Assembly (NCBI GenBank): GCA_964057225.1
Contig: OZ059894.1
Span: 11,036,001 to 11,100,000 of the forward strand
From: Auanema rhodensis
Taxonomy: Eukaryota; Animalia; Nematoda
Direction of reading: 5' to 3'
DNA length: 64,000 nt
Below the pieces are notes generated by a model that was not told the origin of the DNA, did not search any database, and worked only from the letters and a program-made list of their open reading frames with translations. Shown piece after piece: positions 57,560 to 64,000 of this stretch (within the stretch, counting starts at the first letter, position 1; each line of letters opens with the position of its first letter). A program made the translations under genes and the position numbers.

Positions 57560-58215
57560 AATGTTATATTCTTCATTATCAGTTATATCACTCTAAATCT
57601 TGTTGTTAATAGATACGACCGTTCCATTTGATTGCCCTAGGGTTCCGACTAGGGTTTTCAGATGGATTTTGTGCAAGGGTTTCATTGTTCAACAAGTAGT
57701 TAAATTAGCAACCGTTTTATTATATAGAGAAAACTACAATAGGAAATGTTATAAACTACAAACAAGTAAAGTTAAAGTCTAAAACTACATGATAGAAGAT
57801 CTCCCTTAGTGTGTTTTCTACGGGTTTATATAGCAAACTATAGAATGTAAAAAGTGAATGAATTTGTATAAAAAGAATTACGTTCCACCTTATTCCGTGG
57901 AATCTTTTCTAAAAAGCTTTCGAATTCTAGTTTCTTATTTTATTTGATTAAACTAAAGTCGGTTGACGTAGTCAACCGCCTTCTCTATAAGTTATGTATG
58001 GAACATGCCTTATAGGAAAAAAAGTTAGCTGACCTCAGCTATAAGAAATTAGATTTCGTGTTTTTTTTTGAAACAAAAAAAAAAAAAAAAAAAAAAAATT
58101 GAAACAAGAATAGGAATAATAGAATAGCTAAGTGAATAATAGAGTGAATAGATAAAATAAAAAATAAATAAAAATAAAATGTTTTATTGATTCATCACCT
58201 CTTTCTTAGCAGTTT

Positions 58216-58845
58216 TCATCCTTCCTCCTCATTGATTTGTCCCATTTGAAAGTCGGTTGCTGTATGCTGCCCAGCGACGGTCCATGTGTGATAGAGACTG
58301 AGATCTGTCAGCAAATCTGTCGTCTGGTTGCATATCTTCTTTTTCATATCTTTCTGGTTCTGGGTGGTGGCGCCAGTTGCCATTAAAATCTTCAATGCTT
58401 GGCCAACTCGTTCTCCAGCTTTCCTTATTGACTGGTTTGCGGACTTGTTTAAACTCTCTTCTGTCCAACTCTTGTAGATTTCTTCTGCGGCCCATCTCGG
58501 GATTAGATCAGCGCTGCCTTCGTATTCTGGGATTGAATAACCTAATTCTTGACGCAGTTTGCGGATGGTGAACTTGGTGCGGACGGTGGCTGCCAACCAG
58601 TTCTTTGCCATTTTGGCCATTTCGTCTTCTTCATGGTTACATAAACATTGTAACCTTTCCAGAGTTTCTATCAATAGAGTCACTCTGGATAGATTCTCCG
58701 AGAAGGACCGAAGAATCTTTAGTTTCTTGGGGTTGTCTTTCTCCAGCTCTTGTAGCTCAATTTGGAGTGAATGGATGTTGATCCATTTTTCCTTGATCAT
58801 TTCGATGGGTGTCTCGCAGTGTAGAGGTGGAAGGTTGAGCGACAT
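58216..58845 (-). CDS. Accessory ORF2, 209 aa
   Basis: Near-identical to 25091-25720. Confidence 0.8.
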   Translation of the reverse strand: MSLNLPPLHCETPIEMIKEKWINIHSLQIELQELEKDNPKKLKILRSFSENLSRVTLLIETLERLQCLCNHEEDEMAKMAKNWLAATVRTKFTIRKLRQELGYSIPEYEGSADLIPRWAAEEIYKSWTEESLNKSANQSIRKAGERVGQALKILMATGATTQNQKDMKKKICNQTTDLLTDLSLYHTWTVAGQHTATDFQMGQINEEEG

Positions 58846-59178
58846 CTTGTCGAATTCGGAGGATTTTTTTTTATCTGCTTGAGGTGTTTTTGAGCTTATA
58901 TAGCTCCATGCAAAGCAGGTTTTTTTTTTGTTTTTTTTTTTTTTTCAGGTTACTGCAGGTGATGAATCGTTTTTTGTTTTTTTTTTTTTTTTTTTTTTTT
59001 TTTGAACAGAGAAGGTAGAATTTTTAGAGAGATAGTGTGATTGATGACAAAAAAAAATCAAATTTCGAAAACTTGAATGACTGATTATTGTTGTTTGTTT
59101 GATGAGAAAAAATGGGAAAATGATGCAAAAGTATAAATAAAGTAATTACGATAAAAAAAATGAATTTTCAAACTTGTT

Positions 59179-62100
59179 TTAGATAGTTGTTGGTCCTCCT
59201 ATCACTGTTGAAGGTCGTTTCTTTCGTTCAACCGATGTGTTTGGTAAATTGATATGGGCATCAGGTATCTGAGAGCGTGTAAGCCTACTTTTAGGTTTTA
59301 AAGGGGGTATCACGCTGTTGTACCTTATTGGTACGTGAAACGGTTTTGGAGGAGTAATCGGATTTTTGTCTTCTAAACCGAGTGCCAATTTGAGAGCTGA
59401 GCTCCATCTTTTGATTGTAGGTAACTCTTTTTGTCTTTCTTCGTAGAGCTCTTGTCTTGTTTCTTCTCCAATTTTGTCGACCAATTGTTGGAATTGGTTG
59501 TTTTCTTCTTTGTTCGTAGATGTCTTGTCTGCTGTATCTAGTCCAGATTCCGATTGATAACTTTCTTGTTGTCTTTCCAACGTATCTTCCTGCGGTGTTA
59601 TTGTTTCTTTAGTTGTTATTATAGGTCGGCTTTGTTCGTAGAACTCGTCCTCGTTATCGCTGTCCGAATCAGAAATTGGGGGCGTGGCTTGACCGTTGTT
59701 CTGAGCGCGCGTATTGACCTGATCGTGCCGGGACCTGTTGCTATAAATAGCGGATCCCGCGTCATTTCTGCCGTGCTCGCTTTCCTCGATGTTATTGTCA
59801 TCGGGTGGAAAGTATCTTATATTATTCTTATGAGCCCGTATTCTATTCCCGTCGTCATCTGCTAATATGACATTATTTTTATTTATTTCTTTTATGAGGT
59901 ACGGTCCATCACTGACTGCTTGCAGTTTGTTGGTGGGCTTTGCCCGTTTGACGAGAGCTCTGTTATCCACGTAGAGTTCTCGTTCTTGTATCTTGTGTGC
60001 CTCGTCGTATTTCTTCTTCATCTTCTCATTGTTCCTTGTTATCCTTTCGCATATTTTCTCATGTAAATCTCCTGTGGGTTTGAGAGTGGGTGCGGGAGTG
60101 TCCAGGTTGTGGTCGATTGGTAGTCGCGCTGCCTGACCAAAGATACAATCGTAGGGCGGTGTGCGAGTTGTGGCATTAGGTAGCCTGTTGAGTGTGAATA
60201 CTATCTTAGGTAGTATATCATCCCAATTGTCCTGTTCCGTATTTACGTACGACGTTAGTGCTTCTTCTAGTGTTCTGTGTAGTCGTTCCACTTGTCCATT
60301 TGCATTCTTGTAATATGGCATAGTTGTATGATGCTCGGAACCTAGTTGTTCGCACATTGTTTTGAATTCGTGAGAAACAAAATTGGATCCGTTGTCCGTT
60401 ATGATCCTTTTTGGTGGTCCGAAAACAAAGAACAGGTTTTTCTTAATTGCTGTTATGATTTCTTCTGATGTTTGTCTTAATAATGGTGTTGCTATTATCC
60501 ATTTGGAGAACGCGTCCTGTATTGATAAGATATATCTGTTCCCGTTTTGTGTTCGTGGTAGTGGTCCGAGAATGTCCATGTGAACTCTTTCCCAAGGTTG
60601 TGAAACGGTGGGAAAGTTTCTCATGGGTTCCACCGTTGCTTCATGCGGGTTATTTTTCCTTTTTGCGCACTGAAGACATCTGTTGACGTAGTTGGTGATA
60701 TCTTCTTGCATTCCTGTCCATGTATAACGGCGTAGAATTGAGTCATGTGTTTTGTTGATTCCTAGATGAGCTCCTAGTAATGGGTCCTTATGAAACTTAT
60801 CAATTATTGCTGTAGTAATTGTTGGATCATTGGGTAGAACGGCTCGAGGTGTTTGGAATGCTGTTTTTGGCTTTGCATAGAGAATATTATTTTGAACTAT
60901 ATATCGATCTGTTAGTTGCCTTCCTGCTGTTTTGTTCTGAATCTTTTCTTTTGTTTCCATGATCCATTCTGTTTCCTCTTGAATTGTCCGAAGGTCCGTG
61001 ATAGTTGTAATAGTAGAGATTTGATGCGTGGGAGATTCTTTCGTTTTCTTCTTTCTTTCCTTCGCTTCGTTGATTTCGTCTTCGAAGTATCTTGATAATG
61101 CGTCACAAACGCTATTAAGACGTCCTGGGCGATAGATAATTTCAATATCATACTCTTGGAGTACTATTTGAAATTTGGCTAGTCTTCCTATGATTTCTTT
61201 TCTTGTCATAAGGCTAGTTAAGGGTCTATGATCGGTTATGATTTTGATCGGTGCTCCTAAGATGTAGGTGCGAAACTGATGAACTGCGAAAGTTAGGGCT
61301 AAGGCTTCGATCTCAATCGGGGGGTAGTTCCTTTCTGCTTTGTTTAGTTTACGGCTAGCGAAAGCTATTGGGTGCAATGGTTCTTGATCATCCGCAGATT
61401 GCAATAGAACTGCTCCTACTGCAATTATGCTTCCGTCGCTTTCAACTACGTATGGTCGTTTTGCTCTAGGTGCCTGAAGAACCGGTGCTTGACAAAGGGC
61501 TTTCTTCAGGTGTTGGAAAGATTTTTCTTCTTTGTCTCCCCATGTGAAAGCTTTATCCTTTTTTGTGAGGTCGTAGAGAGGTGAGGCAATTCCCGCGGCA
61601 TTTTTGATGAATCTTCGAAAGTAGTTAACGACGCCCATGAAAGCTCTGACTCCTGTTGTTGACTTTGGTCTGGGGTAGTCTCTGATGGCTTTAATTTTCT
61701 GAGGGTCCGGTTTTATTCCCTCATATCCGACTATAAATCCGAGAAACTTGACTTCTCTTTGTCCAAAGGTGCATTTCTTCAGCTTAATTTTGAATCCTAG
61801 CTCTATTGCTACTCTCAAAACTTCTTCGATATCTTGAAGGTGTTGTGTGGTTGATTCTGATATAAGCAGAAGATCGTCTAGATATACGAAGAGTTTGCAG
61901 CGTACATGTTGTTGTAGGTACCGTACTGCGTTTTGGAATGTATGTGGGGCTCCACAGAGTCCCATGGGCATTCGACAGTATTGATATGTACCACTAGTTG
62001 TAGTAAATGCTGTTAAATGTCGATCTTCTTTACGCAGAGGTATTTGGAAGAATCCTGATACCAAATCAAAGTTAGTGAAGATGCATGCTCCTGCTGCTAG

Positions 62101-64000
62101 ATCGAGAATATCTTGTATGTTTGAAATGACGTATATCTGCTTTAGTGTTATGGCATTTAATGCTCGAAAATCCGTAACAAAACGGTATGTTTTGTCCTTC
62201 TTTTTGACGAGTATAACGGGACTTGTGGTAATAGAAATTGATGGTTCTATTATACCTTGTTCGAGCATTTCCTCCACCTGTTTTTCGACTTCTTCTTGTT
62301 GAGTTAGAGGGATCCTGTATGTGATTTGAAATGATGGAAATTTTCCTGGTATGATAGGTATATTATGTTCCACTGGTCCTTTAAAAAGTCCGATATTGCG
62401 ATCCTCGTTCAAGAAAGCTTCCTTATTTCTAAGTACTATTTTCTTTAATTCTTGTCTTTCCAATTGGGTGAAGATGGTGTTTGTTACGTCGAGATCCTTT
62501 ATGAAGTCGTCTGGGAAGTATGGTAGTTGTTCTTCCCATCTTGCTTCCGGTGGGACGTATTGTCCTTTTTGTTCTTTGATATCTTTTGGGATAGCGTAAG
62601 CAGTTCCGATTCCTTGATTTGTTTTAATTTTGATTGTTTCGGGTGAGATATTTGTAGCGAATATCTGAACCCCGTATCCTGTTGGCGTGAAAGTTGTAGG
62701 GGCGAAAGTCATTTTTCCTATTCGTTGTGAACTTCTTATAAAAGCTTGTGCGTATGATGCTGGATCGTCTACTTCCAACGTGAGCGATCTGGTTTCTCCT
62801 GGGTAAAACTGTTTAGTTTCCAGGCTTACTACATGAGCTATCGTGTGGTTCTCGGTCCACGGTGAGTAGTCTTGTGCTAGAGGTACTATTGTATCTCCGA
62901 CTAGCAATGAATTCTGAAGTGGTCGCAATGATGTATTTATTCCTATTTTGCTGAGGGCTTCTATAAAGTCTATTCCTAATAAGATAGGTGCTGGGCAGTG
63001 GTTGTTGGCAGAAATCAGTATTTTGTGCTCAATCTCTGTTTTTCCAATAACAATTGGAAGTCTTGTGTAGCCCAGGAAGGAAAACCGTGATTTGTTTGCT
63101 ACGATAGCTGTTGTCTTTTCACCAACCATCGTTGCTGCCGGTAGTTGTTGAAATGTGCTTTCCTTCATATATGATATAGAAGCTCCTGTGTCCCATAAAG
63201 CAGTAAAGATCTGATTGTGGATGGAGAGAGGTACGAAAGGTAGTCGTGATCCTCCGATGTAGTTAATCCTTGATTCTTTCATGGCGTATCGTGGTAGATA
63301 GGCTAGAAAGTCGTTGTCTGATAGTGGAGCGTCGGGATCGTATCGGGAGATTCTTGAATAGAATTTGTTTTGTTGAGATTTATTCAGTGGTTGTAATTGC
63401 TGAAGTTCGATTTCTTTATTTTCTCGCCTTGGTTCTTCTTCTTCTTCTTTGAATGTTATTTGATTGATTGGTATCCTTGTGGTACATGCATATATTTTTA
63501 ATGCCCAGATGGTAGCAGTTATAAGTCCTATTGCGACGAGAATTCCTCCAATAATGGCTAGTGTCCTTAGTATCCATGCTGTAATTGATTCTCCTACATA
63601 TTCGAAGAAATTTGTGATTTGTTTTTCTGCGTTGTTTGATATGTTATCTGCTAACATTAATGTCGTTCCAACTGTTCCTCCTATAATGCCTATTGGATTT
63701 AGATCAGAGAATCCAGACTGTTTGAAGACTGGTTTCAGCTTTCCTGGCAGAGTGGCTTGTAAGGATGCTAAGCTCGATCCGTAGGAGATAGCCAGTGCCA
63801 TTGGAAATGTTGACTCCGTGAGGTTTGAAAATATGTTGGAATTGTTGAACTTAATGTGATCAATTTTTACAGATGTGAGTTCATCCGAAAATGAGAAGTG
63901 AGTTACATTCAATGTTGAATTATCTTTCATCCATTGATTGTTTATTTTGTAGGGATCTGATGTAGCCATATCGCATGCTATGATGTGAGCATATGGTGTC
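59179..64000 (-). CDS. Gag-Env-Pro-Pol polyprotein, 3' part (5' end outside window)
   Basis: Env C-terminus, protease, RT, RNase H and integrase nearly identical to copy 1. Confidence 0.93.
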   Translation of the reverse strand, partial: TPYAHIIACDMATSDPYKINNQWMKDNSTLNVTHFSFSDELTSVKIDHIKFNNSNIFSNLTESTFPMALAISYGSSLASLQATLPGKLKPVFKQSGFSDLNPIGIIGGTVGTTLMLADNISNNAEKQITNFFEYVGESITAWILRTLAIIGGILVAIGLITATIWALKIYACTTRIPINQITFKEEEEEPRRENKEIELQQLQPLNKSQQNKFYSRISRYDPDAPLSDNDFLAYLPRYAMKESRINYIGGSRLPFVPLSIHNQIFTALWDTGASISYMKESTFQQLPAATMVGEKTTAIVANKSRFSFLGYTRLPIVIGKTEIEHKILISANNHCPAPILLGIDFIEALSKIGINTSLRPLQNSLLVGDTIVPLAQDYSPWTENHTIAHVVSLETKQFYPGETRSLTLEVDDPASYAQAFIRSSQRIGKMTFAPTTFTPTGYGVQIFATNISPETIKIKTNQGIGTAYAIPKDIKEQKGQYVPPEARWEEQLPYFPDDFIKDLDVTNTIFTQLERQELKKIVLRNKEAFLNEDRNIGLFKGPVEHNIPIIPGKFPSFQITYRIPLTQQEEVEKQVEEMLEQGIIEPSISITTSPVILVKKKDKTYRFVTDFRALNAITLKQIYVISNIQDILDLAAGACIFTNFDLVSGFFQIPLRKEDRHLTAFTTTSGTYQYCRMPMGLCGAPHTFQNAVRYLQQHVRCKLFVYLDDLLLISESTTQHLQDIEEVLRVAIELGFKIKLKKCTFGQREVKFLGFIVGYEGIKPDPQKIKAIRDYPRPKSTTGVRAFMGVVNYFRRFIKNAAGIASPLYDLTKKDKAFTWGDKEEKSFQHLKKALCQAPVLQAPRAKRPYVVESDGSIIAVGAVLLQSADDQEPLHPIAFASRKLNKAERNYPPIEIEALALTFAVHQFRTYILGAPIKIITDHRPLTSLMTRKEIIGRLAKFQIVLQEYDIEIIYRPGRLNSVCDALSRYFEDEINEAKERKKKTKESPTHQISTITTITDLRTIQEETEWIMETKEKIQNKTAGRQLTDRYIVQNNILYAKPKTAFQTPRAVLPNDPTITTAIIDKFHKDPLLGAHLGINKTHDSILRRYTWTGMQEDITNYVNRCLQCAKRKNNPHEATVEPMRNFPTVSQPWERVHMDILGPLPRTQNGNRYILSIQDAFSKWIIATPLLRQTSEEIITAIKKNLFFVFGPPKRIITDNGSNFVSHEFKTMCEQLGSEHHTTMPYYKNANGQVERLHRTLEEALTSYVNTEQDNWDDILPKIVFTLNRLPNATTRTPPYDCIFGQAARLPIDHNLDTPAPTLKPTGDLHEKICERITRNNEKMKKKYDEAHKIQERELYVDNRALVKRAKPTNKLQAVSDGPYLIKEINKNNVILADDDGNRIRAHKNNIRYFPPDDNNIEESEHGRNDAGSAIYSNRSRHDQVNTRAQNNGQATPPISDSDSDNEDEFYEQSRPIITTKETITPQEDTLERQQESYQSESGLDTADKTSTNKEENNQFQQLVDKIGEETRQELYEERQKELPTIKRWSSALKLALGLEDKNPITPPKPFHVPIRYNSVIPPLKPKSRLTRSQIPDAHINLPNTSVERKKRPSTVIGGPTTI

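Larger units (their letters stand above)
1..57619 (-). repeat. Tandem U2 snRNA + 5S rRNA gene array, ~2.47-kb unit, 7 units interrupted by TE insertions
   Basis: Near-identical units start at ~1, 2468, 4583, 7060, 12483, 26726, 43667. Each has one U2, a 360-bp 5S sub-repeat (two copies; only one in unit 2) and a variable (TA)n tract. Confidence 0.97.
57620..64000 (-). mobile_element. Gypsy gag-env-pro-pol element, copy 3 (partial, runs off the window)
   Basis: 3' LTR 57620-58005 matches the copy-1 LTR; interior nearly identical to copy 1. Confidence 0.95.

Overview
Eukaryotic, almost certainly nematode, DNA (nematode-type 5S rRNA and U2 snRNA, short TTTCAG-type introns). The backbone is a tandem array of ~2.47-kb units (7 units, starting near 1, 2468, 4583, 7060, 12483, 26726, 43667). 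Each unit carries one minus-strand U2 snRNA gene and usually two 5S rRNA genes. About three quarters of the window is inserted mobile DNA, and each family occupies its own niche. A hAT transposon sits in the (TA)n tract. Three Gypsy/Metaviridae gag-env-pro-pol elements lie 47-60 bp upstream of 5S genes. A BEL/Pao element with a phlebovirus-like env sits exactly at a 5S start site. A U2-specific Utopia/NeSL-type RT-RLE retrotransposon is in U2. The most unusual locus is 27.6-33.3 kb: one U2 gene holds the autonomous RT element plus two ~0.8-kb non-coding, structured elements, separated by identical 41-bp U2 fragments. A decayed junction of the same non-coding family is fixed in every array unit, and all U2 copies carry a non-canonical sequence at the target site.
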